The notes beneath the pieces are model-generated. The model was not told where the DNA came from. It saw only the letters and a list, made by a program, of their open reading frames with translations, and did not search any database. Shown one piece after another: positions 37,201 to 49,022 of a stretch of 64,000 nt of DNA (its first letter is position 1; each line of letters begins with the position of its first letter). Source of the DNA: Negaprion brevirostris (Eukaryota). The translations under genes and the position numbers were made by a program. The DNA lies in the NCBI GenBank assembly GCA_030324005.1, contig JARDVH010000157.1:22704208-22768207 (forward strand), in the 5' to 3' direction.

Positions 37201-39552
37201 ATTTTTTTTTGACCGTGGGATGAATTTTAGGCACATTTTAGTGACTTCAAATGTTTGCCATTATGTTTTCAGGGACTAACTTTGAGAGATGTTTCACAGA
37301 TAATATTCAGTTCATAGTACTTAACCGTGACTGAATGTGCTGCTGTCATTCTTTTTGCAGCAACCTATGCAAAGTCTACAGACCTCTGGTGCTATTACTA
37401 TATGTTAGTAGAAATGTATGTGTTTATTCATGTGAGTATCGCTGTTTGCCGATTGTTTAATGAACATGTTTTTCATTTAAACCGTTTAGTACTGAAACTG
37501 TTTAACACTATATTTTTTGACCCAATCTCGCTGTCAAAACTGATAATTTGAACAAAGAATGTGTTCACAGACCTTCGAAACATTTTCTGAATGCACAAAT
37601 TATAATTGTATTTTTTTGAAACTAGATTAGATTATTCTGGTTTCTGTTTTGAAGTAAAATATTATCAGGCTTTCCTGTTTTAGGGAAGAAAACATTGGGA
37701 TCGTGAAAATAATACGCTGTATTGAGCAGTGATTGAGTTACAAATATGACTATAGTGGAGCTGTACCTAGTCGCTTCACTGGCTGTGCTCATAAATTGCG
37801 GTGGATAATCGCAGTAGTCTCCATTCTGTATTGTATTTAAAAGAAATATTGTGTTTACTGTTTTGAAGTAGAATCCTCATATACACACATATTTCNNNNN
37901 NNNNNNNNNNNNNNNNNNNNNNNNNNNNNNNNNNNNNNNNNNNNNNNNNNNNNNNNNNNNNNNNNNNAGCTGATGCCAGCCCGAGTACAATAAAATTCTC
38001 TCATACGTCGGGCAGGGTTTCCTTTCGATCTTTTACTGTTGCAAAAAAATAAACCGTCAACTGTTCGGGCTACTAGATTGGTTAAAAAAGGTTTTGGGTT
38101 AGTGTTTTTAGAAATGGAAAGCTGTCCAGAATTGTTTTAGCTCTGCGGTGTACGTATATTGTGTAAAAATATGACATTCAGTTCTCTCAAGAGACTTGCC
38201 CAGAAGAAATAAGGCGGCTCCATCGACGTGCGAACGCCATGCTAATTACACTGCAAATTAATTAAGTAGAATCGCATTTGAAGACTGAGTTGTGCAAAAC
38301 ATTCGTATCGGTTAGCGGTAGGAAACCTAGATACTTGTCTATTTTCAGAAATGGGAAGAACCATTTTGATTGATATTTACGTAGACAAAAATCTACAAAT
38401 TAGGACATACCGCATTGAAATCCTGCTACACTCCCAGCAGGTCACATGATATTGCTGCTCAAGCTGCCCGATTTCTCAAAGGTAAATTAATTGATGACTG
38501 CGTCCAATGAAAACCTCACCAGGGCTAATGTCCTTGAAATAATGAAAATCGTGCAGCATTAACAAAAAAAAATTTCGGGAAATTACACGTTAACACGGAA
38601 TTGTGCAATAATTATAAATTCCACAGATCGTATTTTTGTTATTATTGATTTACTTGGTTAACATTATTTGAAGCCTGTTTTTTCTGTGTCTCCCGCCATT
38701 ACATGGGTCTATTCGATCCCTGTGATGTGTCCCGCCATTTTACAGCATTGCACCGCCAGTCGGCTGCGAGATTGCAGCAACCAGAGAGCTTGGAAGGCAG
38801 CCACAAGGTGTGTCGATGTGGCCATTTCAGCTCGTCATTAAGGGAGAACACGTTAAGTTGATCCCTTCGGCATTTGCGCAAAAGTCCTTAAAAAGGCCTT
38901 GATCTTCCAAAGTGTACACGGCCCTGTAAACGTTTGTGTTTAATGTAGATTCAAATAAGGAATAAATCAGATAGCAGCGTTCGCTGAGATGTTTGTGAAA
39001 GGATAACATTCCTTGCGGTTTTCACGGTCAGCGACATTAATGAAGCTGATAAATGTTGTCCCCTCTTGGTTATACTGCCACGTTGCAACCATGCATTATA
39101 GATGAAATTTGAAATAATATTTCACAACGTAATTGCAAAAGCGTCCCTAATAAAACATGCATATGTCTTTCTGTTCTTCCATGGCGTTGCTCACCCGAAG
39201 TGGGAGGATCAAGAGTATTTCTGGGGGAGACAGGAAATAACTGACGTTTAGAGGAAGTTGTGCTAAACTCTAGTGTACAGTATGTGGCAGTTTTGCTTTG
39301 GGGAGTAGGGAAACTTCAAACACATTTCTGGAATTTGGTGTCCAGTAAAATGCCTACTGTTTATAAATTGAGGTGTTTTAAATACATATTTTGAAAATTT
39401 AAAGCCACAACACCAAACTACAATTTCCAATTGCAGTAAGATTCTGGATTGCTTCATGGTGATGTTGCAAAAGATTGTAACAATTAACCTTTAGTTTCTT
39501 GTCATGTAAAGGGCTTAGATGGAGTAAAATATATACAGGAAAATTTTTTCAG

Positions 39553-41134
39553 TTAATATGTAGAGGATCCAACAAGTGCAGTGCTGGACCTAATTCTGGG
39601 GAATGAAGCTGGACAGATAATTGATGTGTTGGTGAGGAGCATTTTGGTGATGATGACCACAACATGATTCAATTCAAATTTGTTACAGACAAAGAAATAG
39701 ACAAGTTGCAGGAAAAGGTATTGGATTAGGGGAAGAGTAGATCTTAACAAAATAAGGCAGGATCTGGCCAGCGTAGACAGGAACGAGTTACTTGTGGGGA
39801 AATCTACAAAAGGGGGGGTGTTCAAAGATGTAATGGGGAGGGTACAGATCCAACATGTTTCCTATAGGGTAATAGGAAAGCGTAACAAACCGAGAGAATC
39901 ATGGGTGACCAGAGACATTCAGGATACAATGAGAAGGAAAAGAGAGGCTTTTAACAAGTATAAAGGGGAGTAAGTCTACAGAGGCATTAGTGGAGTACAG
40001 AAAGTGCAGGATGGAGCTTAAGAAATCAATCAGGAGAGCAAAAACAGGATATGAGAAAGCTCTGGCTGATAAAAGTAGGGAAAATCCTAAGATCTTCTCT
40101 AAATTTATCAATGGGAATAGGATAACCAAGGAAAGAGTAGGACCCATTAAGGACCTCGGGGGAAATCTGTGGGTGGAAGCAGAGGACTTTGGCAGGGTTT
40201 TAAATGAATATTTCACACCTGTCTTCACCCATAAGAATGAGGAAGTAGTTATGGCACTCGGACAGAGAGATTGTGAGGTCCTAGAGCAAATTGCTGTAGG
40301 GAGTGACAAGGTATTGGAGGTACTAGCAGGCTTAAAAGTGGACAAATCTCCATGTCCTGATGAATTGTGTCCCAGGCTGCTGTGGGAGGCAAGGGAGGAA
40401 ATTGCAGGGGCTCTGACCCAAATTTTTAATTCCTCGCTGGCCACAGGGGAGGTACCATAGAGCAGGAGTACAGCTAATGTGGTTCCACTATTTAAGAAAG
40501 GTTGTAGAGACAAGCCAGAGAACTACAGACCAGTGAGTCTCATCTCTGTGGTTGGGAAACTACTGGAGAAGATTCTGAAGGAGAGAATCTATCTACATTT
40601 GGAGAGGCAAGGTTTATTCAGGGATAGCTAGTGTGGTTTTGTCAAAGGGAGATCGCATTTGACAGATTTAATTTAACTTTTTGAGCATGTAATCAAGTGC
40701 GTGGATGAGGGTAGATTGATATTGTTTACGTGGATTTCAGCAAAGCCTTTGACAAAGTCCCACATGGGAGACTTATTAAGAAGGCTAATAGACATGGAAT
40801 ACAGGGTGATCTGATAAGGTGGATTCATAATTAGCTTAGTAGTAGGAGACAGAGGGTGGTGATAGACGGCTGCTTTAGTGACTTGAGGCACAAGGATCTG
40901 TGCTGGGCTCACTATTGTTCGTCATTTGTATAAATAACATAGATGACTGTGGGGAGAAGAATCGGTAAGTTTGTCGATGACACAAAGATTGGCCGGGTGT
41001 TTAACAATGAGATTGAGTGTCTTGGTTACAGGAAGATATAGATGAGATGGTCAAATGGGCCAATAAATGGCAGATGGAATTCAACCCTGAAAAGTGTGAG
41101 ATGATGCACTGTGGAAGGAGTAATTTGACAAGGA
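39553..41134 (+). mobile_element. CR1 LINE ORF2 (endonuclease end, tether, RT), degenerate
   Basis: LDLILGNE.GQ; ORF 39990-40460 (..LKVDKSPCPDELCPRLLWEAREEIAGALTQIFNSSLATGEVP); NYRPVSL; YVDFSKAFDKVPH; WANKWQMEFNPEKCE. Stops and frameshifts present. Confidence 0.95.
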
Positions 41135-41235
41135 ANNNNNNNNNNNNNNNNNNNNNNNNNNNNNNNNNNNNNNNNNNNNNNNNNNNNNNNNNNNNNNNNN
41201 NNNNNNNNNNNNNNNNNNNNNNNNNNNNNNNNNNN

Positions 41236-41353
41236 AGAGGGTTAGCAGGCAGGCTAAACATGTGGAGTTACGGGGATAGGGCCTGGGTGGGATGGTGGTT
41301 GGTGCAGATTCGATGGGCTGAAAGGTCTCTTTCTGCACTGTCGAAATTCTATG
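41236..41353 (+). mobile_element. HE1 SINE 3' tail after a gap
   Basis: gggttagc...ggggatagggcctgggtggga...ggtgcagattcgatgggctgaaagg...tctgcactgt. Confidence 0.75.
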
Positions 41354-41625
41354 GTTTAAACATCTTTACTATCCTGAGAATGATTTTCCTTAAACGTGTA
41401 AAAATAATTCTGTTTTACTCCAACCAAATGCTGGAAAGTGAGATCAGGCTAATATATTATATTAGTCTGGGTGGCTAGCTGCTGGGCCAACACAGACATG
41501 ATGGGCCAAGTGGCCTCTTTCTGTGTCGTAAGCTTTTGATAATTCTGACTTTGGTCATGGCTCGTTAGCTAATTTGCTTTTATTTTACCCTGTGTCCGTC
41601 TGTTAAACCTGGGTACATGTGCAGT

Positions 41626-41786
41626 GGGCAGCACGGTGGCACAATGGTTAGCACTGCTGCTTCACAGTGCCAGGGACCCTGGTTCGATTCCTGACTTGAG
41701 TCACTGTCTGAGTAAAATAAAAAAATGTGGGTCAGTGCAGACTTAATGGGTTGAATGGCCCTCCTCTGCGCTGTAGGAATTCTATA
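41626..41786 (+). mobile_element. Internally deleted HE1 SINE
   Basis: gggcagcacggtggcacaatggttagcactgctgc head joined almost directly to the tail. Confidence 0.85.
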
Positions 41787-42071
41787 ATACATGGCTCCAT
41801 TCTGCTAAAGAATGATTCTAAAATCAAAGCATTTTTCTTTGGTGTCATTCCTGCCCGTTGGTGTTAGAAAGAAATTTCCAGCTAGTGCCACGGTTTGGTT
41901 AAGCAAGTTAACTAGAAGTACTTGTTCTTGGGCAGGTGTTTCCTCACATGAAGAGCCACTGTTAAAAACTGGGTCCAAATTCCGATCTCCCCTAGTCTTT
42001 TCTATCACATTATAAACAAACGACTGTTTGTAATAATTACCAATCTTTCTCCTGTCCCACTCTTAATTCTT

Positions 42072-42395
42072 CATAGAAACCATACAGTGCAGAAGAAGGC
42101 CATTCGGCCCATCAAATCTGCACCAACCACAATCCCACCCTGGCCCTATCCACATGACCTCATGTATTTACCCTAGCTAATCCTTCTGACACTAAGGGGC
42201 AATTTAGCATGGCCAATCCACCTAACCCGCACATCTTTGGAGTGTGGGAAGAAACCGGAGCACCTGGAGGAAACCCACGCAGTCACGGGGAGAATGTGCA
42301 GACACCACACAGACAGTGCCCCAAGCCGGGAATTGAACACAAGTCCTTCGCGCTGTGTGGCAACAGTGCCAACCTGTGTGCCACTGTGCTGCCCC
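42072..42395 (-). mobile_element. HE1 SINE, full length
   Basis: catagaaaccatacagtgcagaagaaggccattcggccc...gaaaccggagcacctggaggaaacccacgc...ccactgtgctgccc. Confidence 0.92.
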
Positions 42396-42659
42396 TGTAA
42401 AGCTGCTGTAAAACTCTATGACTCTATAACTTTGTTGCTGGCTCCACTGTCCCTGTTGAGATATATCGGTGATTTGTAGTCAGGTTCATCTTTTCCAGCA
42501 GGCTTGGTTGAACAGAACTTGCAGGCTTGATCAGTACAGGTTTGGAGGGCTGAAGGGCCTGTTCCAGTGCTGTTTTGTTCTTTGTTCTGTGTTCTTTGTC
42601 CACTCCACTTCTAACAGTGAATCCGCTGCTTTGACACTTATACGGTTACACCACTTCTG

Positions 42660-43270
42660 AGTTCCCAGTCATTACACTACAGTTTGTCTATAGATGGTAA
42701 TAAAATGTTTCACCCATTAGAATTACTTTTAGAAAACCTTTTTCCAGTATATCTCACCAATCAGTTTCTTCTTCCCTTTGTCTGTTCTCCAGTTTTAGAT
42801 GTTCTGAAATCTTCTTGTTATAGCTCTGTGGATCTTTGTACCTTCTACTAATTCCCTTCTTGTTTTCTCTGTGGGACGCTAGCCCTGGCTTGATTACTCC
42901 ATTTTAATGTTCCAGCTTCAAGCAGACCTGAGAGGCCCATCCTATTTCTCTTCAGGTCTCAATTAAGTAGTTTTTTCTACTCAGAGATTTCTATAAACAG
43001 ATTTTAAAACAGACGGAAGCTATAGCTCCTCTCACAGGTTCCTAGGCAATTAACAAGAGTCTGAAGCTCTGAACCATAACAGAGTCTCAGCTGGATATTG
43101 AAATGAAACACATATATACACACAGACAAACATCGTTCACTCAGCCTCACAGCTAATTACAGCTTCCTTGCAAGCGCAGGAACATTAAGTTAAACCTACC
43201 TAAAATTATACCTTATTTTCAATGTTTACTCATACAAATATAAATCCCTTAAAACTAACTCTGGTTTCCT
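42660..43270. mobile_element. Possible LTR-like remnant
   Basis: Compositionally distinct block ending aaatataaatcccttaaaactaactctggtttcct, like shark LTR-type repeats from memory; termini not resolved. Confidence 0.3.
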
Positions 43271-43550
43271 GGGATGGCACATTGGCTAGCATTGCTACCT
43301 CATAGTGCCAGGGACCCAGGTTCAATTCCCGGCTTGAGAAACTGTCTGTGCGGAGTCTGCATGTTCTCCCCGTATCTGCGTGGATTTCCTCTGGGTGCTC
43401 TGGTTTCCTCCCACAGTACGAAAGATGTGCAGGTTAGGTGCATTGGCCATGCTAAGTTCTCCCTCAGTGTACCCGAACAGGCACCGGCGTGGTGGCAACT
43501 AGGGGATTTTCACAGTGACTTCTTTGCAGTGACACTAATAAATAAACTTA
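43271..43550 (+). mobile_element. HE1-head SINE with alternative tail
   Basis: Head, V-domain, then ctccctcagtgtacccgaacagg...ggggattttcacagtgact...gacactaataaataaac. Confidence 0.9.
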
Positions 43551-43569
43551 AAAAGACTTGATGCTCTGG

Positions 43570-43775
43570 AGGCATGACAATTGCGGGAAATTTAAATTCA
43601 GTGAATAAATCTGAAATAAATGATCATGGAATTACCAGATTCTTGTAAAAACCCAGCTGATTTGCGAATATCTTCAGGGAAGGAAAGTTACCTGGTGTGG
43701 TCTACTTGTGATTCCAGATCCACAGCATTCTGGTTGATTCTTACTAAATGGTGCAGTAAGCAACCCAGTTAAATC
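43570..43775 (+). mobile_element. Shark SINE family A
   Basis: aaatttaaattcag...ttgtaaaaacccagctg...cttcagggaaggaaa...ccagatccacagc. Confidence 0.7.
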
Positions 43776-43819
43776 AAATTGCTACAGAAAAAGACACTGT
43801 GGGTGAACCTAAACCACCT

Positions 43820-44242
43820 TGTGTTGTGCAATTGTACAGGGCCTTGGTGAGGCCACACCTAGAGTATTGCGAGCAGTTTTGGCCTCTCTTTCTGAGGAAG
43901 GATGTTCTTGCTCTCGAGGGAGTGCAGGGAAGGTTTACTGGGCTGATTCAGGGGATGGTGGGACTGATGTATGAGAAATTGACTAGGTTAGGATTGTTTT
44001 TGCTGGAGTTCAGACGAATGAGACATATAATCTCATAGAGACGTATAAAATTCTAACCGGACTAGACAGGGTAGATGCAGGGATGATGTTCCCGTTGGTG
44101 GGGGAGTCCAGAACCAGGGGTCACAGTCTGAGGATTCAGGGTAGACCATTTAGAACGGAAGTGAGGATACATTTCTTCACCCAAAGAGTGATGAGCCTGT
44201 GGAATTAATTACCACAGGAAGTAGTTGATGCAAAAACATTGA
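43820..44242 (+). mobile_element. CR1 LINE 3' fragment
   Basis: QLYRALVRPHLEYCEQFW..RKDVLALEGVQGRFT; GESRTRGHSL motif. Confidence 0.92.
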
Positions 44243-44244
44243 AA

Positions 44245-45762
44245 CTGTGAGGTTCTAGTGCAAATTGCCTTACAGTGTGACAAGATATTGGAGCTATTGG
44301 CAGGCTTAAAAGTGGATATATCCCCAGGTCTGGATGAATTGTGTCCCAGGCTGTTGTGGGAGGTGAGGGAGGAAATTGCAGGGGCTCAGATCCAAATTTT
44401 TAATTCCTTTCTGGCCATCGGGGAGGTGTAGAGACAAGCCAGAGAACTACACACCAGTGAGTCTTGTGTCAGTGATTGGGAAACTACTGGAGAAGATTCT
44501 GAAGGAGAGAATCTATTTCCATTTGGAGAGCAAGATTTGATCAGGGACAGTCAGCATGGCATTGTCAAAGGGAGGTCATACCTAACACATTTGACTGAAT
44601 ATTTTGAGCATGTAACCAAGTATGTAGATGAGGATAGTGCAATGGATGTAGTTTATGTGGATCTCAGCAAAGTCCCACATGGGAGACTTAGTAAGAAGGC
44701 AAATGCAATTGGGATACAGGGTAATCTCATAAGGTGGATTCATAATTGGCTTAGTGGTAAGAGACAGAGGGTGAAGACAGATGGCTGCTTTAGTGACTGA
44801 GGGACAGTGACCAGCGGCATACCGAAAGGCTCCATGCTAGGCCCCCTATTGTTCGTCATTTATATAAATGACAGTCGTCTATGTTTAGGGAGGAGGGTAA
44901 AATCATTGAGTTTGCCAATGACACAAAGATTGGCCAGGTTGTTAACAGTGAGGTTGAGTGCCTTGGGTTACAGGAAGATATAGACGAGATGGTCAAATGG
45001 GTGGATAAGTGGCAGATGGAACTTAACTCTGAAAAGTGACGTGATACACTTTGGAAGGAGTAATTTGGCAAGGAAGTATACTATGAACGATTTGATATTG
45101 TGAAGTTCTGAAGAACAAGAGACCTTGACGTGTTTGTCCATAGATCTCTGAAGGCGGAAAGGCAGTTAAAAAGGGTGGTGAAAAAGGTATGTGGCATACT
45201 CGCCTTTATCAATCGGGGTATAGATTACAAAAGAAAAAAGGTCACAGTGGAGTTGTATAGAACTTTGAGGCCACAGCTGGAGTACTGTGTGCAGTTGTGG
45301 TCGCCACATTATAGGAATGATGTGATCGCACTGAGAGGTGCAGAGGAAATTCACCAGTACATTGTCTGGGGTGGACAGGTTGGGATAGACTTGGGTTGTT
45401 TTCTCTGGAGCAGAGAAGACTGAGGGGATGACTGAGGTGCTCAAGATTATGAGACAGCGTGGATAGGAAGCAGCTGTTTCCCTCAGTTGAAGGGTCAGTT
45501 AAAAGTGAAGGGTGTGAGGTTTAGGAGGATTTTGAGGAAAAACTTTTACCCAGAGAGTGATGATGGTCTGGAATGCACAGCCTGGAAGGTTGGTGAAGGT
45601 GGGATGTCTCGCATCCTTAAAAACGTACCTGGATGAGTACATGTCATAACATTCAAGGCTATGGGCAAGTGCTGGCAGGTGGGATTAGGTGGGCAGGTTA
45701 GGGCCTGTGTCGGTGCAGACTCAATAGGCTAAAGGGCCTCTTCTGCACTGTAGTATTCTGTG
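44245..45762 (+). mobile_element. CR1 LINE (RT to 3' end), degenerate
   Basis: Same subfamily as 39553-41134 over the overlap; IRDSQHG.VKGRS; WIHNWLSGKRQRV; RPQLEYCVQLWSPHY; tail ggtgcagactcaataggctaaagggcctcttctgcactgtagtattctg. Confidence 0.95.
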
Positions 45763-45999
45763 ATATTCCATATCACTAATTTAATCTAACTGCTATCAAC
45801 CAGAAGCTAAATGTAAATGTACAAAATAAGGCTAACATTTATAGCATGGTGATTTCTGTACTAAACCTGGCACCTTTAAAACCTTACCATTTCTGCTCTT
45901 TTTGCAACATGTTAACTGGGAACAGAGGTGTGGCAAATGTATACGTCAGTTTTAAGGGGAGGGAATTTATTGCCCAACTCCCAATAGAAAGTAGAATGT

Positions 46000-46750
46000 T
46001 CTTGAGCCCATTGTTGCCCTGCAGCAATAATACAAGATTTGCCTCACACAACTGCCAGGCAATGATCATCTCCCCATGACATTTGCTGGCACTGCTATCA
46101 CTGGATCTCCAACCATCAGCTTTCTATGGTTCTTATCATTTATCAGAAACTTTTGATTTGCTCTTGTAGCCATATAAGTACTGTGACTACAAGAGCAGGT
46201 CAGAGGCTTGAAATTCAACAGTGAGTAACAAATCTCTTGACTCCCTAAAGCCTGCCCATCACCAGCAAGGCACAAATCATGAATATGATACAATATTCAC
46301 CACTTGCCTGAATGAGCGTGGCTTCAACAGTACTCAGGAAGCACAACTTCATCCGGGAAAAGACAGTTTATTTTACCAAAACTGCCCTACCACCTTAGCA
46401 TTCACTCCCTCCCACCAACACAGTTGCAGCAATGTGTAATATCGACCAGGTGCACTGCAGCAACTCAACAATGCTCTTTTAACAGCACCTTCCAAACCGT
46501 GATTTTAACCACTTAGAAGGGCAAGAAGAATGGGAACACCACCACTTGTAAGTTCCCCTTCAAGCCACACACCATCCTGACTTAGAACTCCTTCTCACTG
46601 TTGCTGAGTCAGAATCCTAACAGCTCTGTAGGTGTATCTACATTGCATGGACTGCAGCAATTTAAGGTATCTTATCACCATCTCTTCAGGGGCAATTGAG
46701 GTTGTAACACAAATTCTGGCCTTGTCAACGAGGTTCAAATTTCAGAAAAT
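46000..46750 (+). mobile_element. L2 LINE 3' portion
   Basis: caagagcaggtcagaggct; ccacttgcctgaatgagc; cagcaccttccaaacc; gggaacaccaccact...cacaccatcctgactt; the tail is shared with SINE family A. Confidence 0.75.
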
Positions 46751-46849
46751 AATTAAAAAGAAACTCAGCCAATAGGGAGTGGTTAGGGTATAATTATCTG
46801 GTTTTGGATGGCAAAATTTGCTTTTGTTTTTGTTTCTGTTAATTGTATA

Positions 46850-47200
46850 ATAGTGGCACAGTGGTTAGCAATGCTGCCTCACAGCATCGGGAACCCAGGT
46901 TCAATTCTGGCATTGGGTGACAGTGTGGAGTTTACACATTCTCCATGTGACTGCATGGGTTTCTTCCAGGTGCTCCAGTTTCCTCCCACAGTCCAAAGGT
47001 GTGCTTGTTATGTGGATTGGCCATGATAACATTGCCCCTTACTGTCCCAAGATGCGTAAGCTAGTTGGATAAGCCGTGGTAAATGTGTGGGGTTATGGGA
47101 ATAGGGCAGGGGAGAGGGCCTAGGTAAAATACTCCTGTCAGAGTGTTGGTGCAGGCTTCATGGGCTGAATTACTGCCTCCTGCACTGTAATGGATTCTAT
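46850..47200 (+). mobile_element. HE1 SINE, full length
   Basis: gtggcacagtggttagcaatgctgcctcacagc...ccagtttcctcccacagtccaaag...ctgcctcctgcactgta. Confidence 0.9.
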
Positions 47201-47529
47201 GTTTCCTACTAAAAGTATGTATAGCTGTCCTTAGTTTATTGGTATATGGCATTACGCTAGACGCTAAGCATGCAGATGCAGTGCAGCCAACCCCAATTTT
47301 AAAATTAACTTGCCAGATACTGCAGAGCCAATGCCAGCAAATTTACTTTGGGCAGTTACGGGTTATATAAGACCCTACATTTAGAGAATCAGCGGCACTG
47401 GCATACAGAGTGAAAATAATCTGTTATCAGATGAGAGTAGGATCAAGCTCTGCTGTGCTGTGAATTAAGCATCAGAGAAATCAGGATCCAAACAGTAAAA
47501 GACTTGCACCTTACACAACCACAGGACAT

Positions 47530-47860
47530 GCCACACTTTACTTCAAAAGTAGTTTGTTGACTGTATAGCCACTGTTGTAATATAAGAAACATGGCAGTCA
47601 CTTTGTGCTCAGCAAGGACCAGATAATCTAATGGTATTGGTTGAGGGATACATGTTGGACAGGACACCAGGGGAACTTACCTGCTGTAATATCACCTGAG
47701 AAGACAGGTGGGCCTTTGGTTTAGGTCTCATCTAAAAGATGGCAGCTTTGGCAATGCTCCTTCAGTACTGCACTGGAGCATCAGCCTCAATTTTGTATTC
47801 GTCTAACCCTAATCCTTCTCCCCCAAGTGAGTGTGCTATCACTGACCCATGGCTGACATT
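47530..47860 (-). mobile_element. SacSINE1/Deu-SINE
   Basis: gccactgttgtaat...ggcagtcactttgtgc...tggttgagggata...ggacaccaggggaact...gtctcatctaaaagatggca...cagtactgcactgg. Confidence 0.75.
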
Positions 47861-48701
47861 TGCAAGAAATATGAGTATTGAAAGCTGGCAGGAAAAGAAA
47901 GAGAATTTGAAATGTCTGTAGATATAGAGATATGATGGACAATTACATTTATGACTTAGTAATGTAGATTGAGGTTTTCTGGTTTTTGATCACTTTGTTT
48001 AGAATCATTTAATTTTAGCATAAATTCAGTAAGTGAATTGACAAATTAGTTTAACAAAAATAGAACAGGAAAAGTAAGTAAAGTGATGAATAGAATCTGT
48101 AATGCACTTCAGCGAATGTTGGTTATCATATCTGACCATTGCTTGTGTACTCAGAGATCTATTTTCTGCCTCAGGCCTACTTTTGGCTGCTGAAGAATCC
48201 ATACTAGATTAATTTAATTTAATTTAACAAGGGTTAATCAAAAGTTTATAGTGGCTTGATCGGAAATGGTAGATGTTTTTAAATGCAACTCTATTACACT
48301 TCAGTACAATGGTCTAGATTCTGGTTATCAGACATAGTTTTGTTGTGTATTCAAGAACTTGATGTTAAGACCAGCTTCAACTGCCCCATCTCCTCCAGTA
48401 CACTCAAAACTACAAAAATGATGTTTGCTTTATTGGGATTTGTCATGAGTGAAATGCACTATGTATTTTCATTTGAAAGCTTGACAGTATAGAATGCACT
48501 ATAAAATTGCAAACACATTTCTTTCAAGTGCAGAAAAACAAAATGATAAAAATGATACAGTATGAATTTGCAGATTACTTTATAAGCCCTCAATTGTATC
48601 ATGTGCTGGCAAGTTTATATATGGTTGTATCCTTGAACAGTTAAATGCAACTTATTTAAATTTAAGCTGGTTATGCTAATTTTCTTTTCTTTTGCTTTCA
48701 G

Positions 48702-49022
48702 ATATGGCCGTGTGGAAAGTGTCAAAATTCTTCCCAAAAGGGGCTCAGAAGGTGGAGTGGCAGCCTTTGTGGATTTTGTGGACATCAAAAGTGCGCAGAA
48801 AGCGCACAATTCTGTCAACAAAATGGGAGACAGGGATCTGCGAACGGATTACAATGAGCCTGGCACTATTCCCAGTGCTGCTCGGGGATTAGATGATACC
48901 GTTCCTATAGGAACTCGTACTAGAGAGGTTTCAGGGTTCAGGGGAGGTGGTGGGGGGCCAACATATGGACCACCACCATCACTACATGGACGGGAAGGAC
49001 GTTATGAACGGAGACTTGATGG
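48702..49022 (+). CDS. SPEN: SPEN coding exon 2 (rest of RRM1)
   Basis: Acceptor tttgctttcAG ending 48701; YGRVESVKILPKRGSEGGVAAFVDFVDIKSAQKAHNSVNKMGDRDLRTDYNEPG...RYERRLDG. Donor GG|GTAAGT at 49023. 321 nt, phase 2-2. Confidence 0.97.

Noticed and set aside
39899-40513. 204-aa minus-strand ORF
   Set aside because: Antisense shadow of CR1 ORF2.
44420-44435. Deletion of about 48 bp in the second CR1 relative to the first, at an aggt microhomology
   Set aside because: Routine decay of a dead LINE copy.
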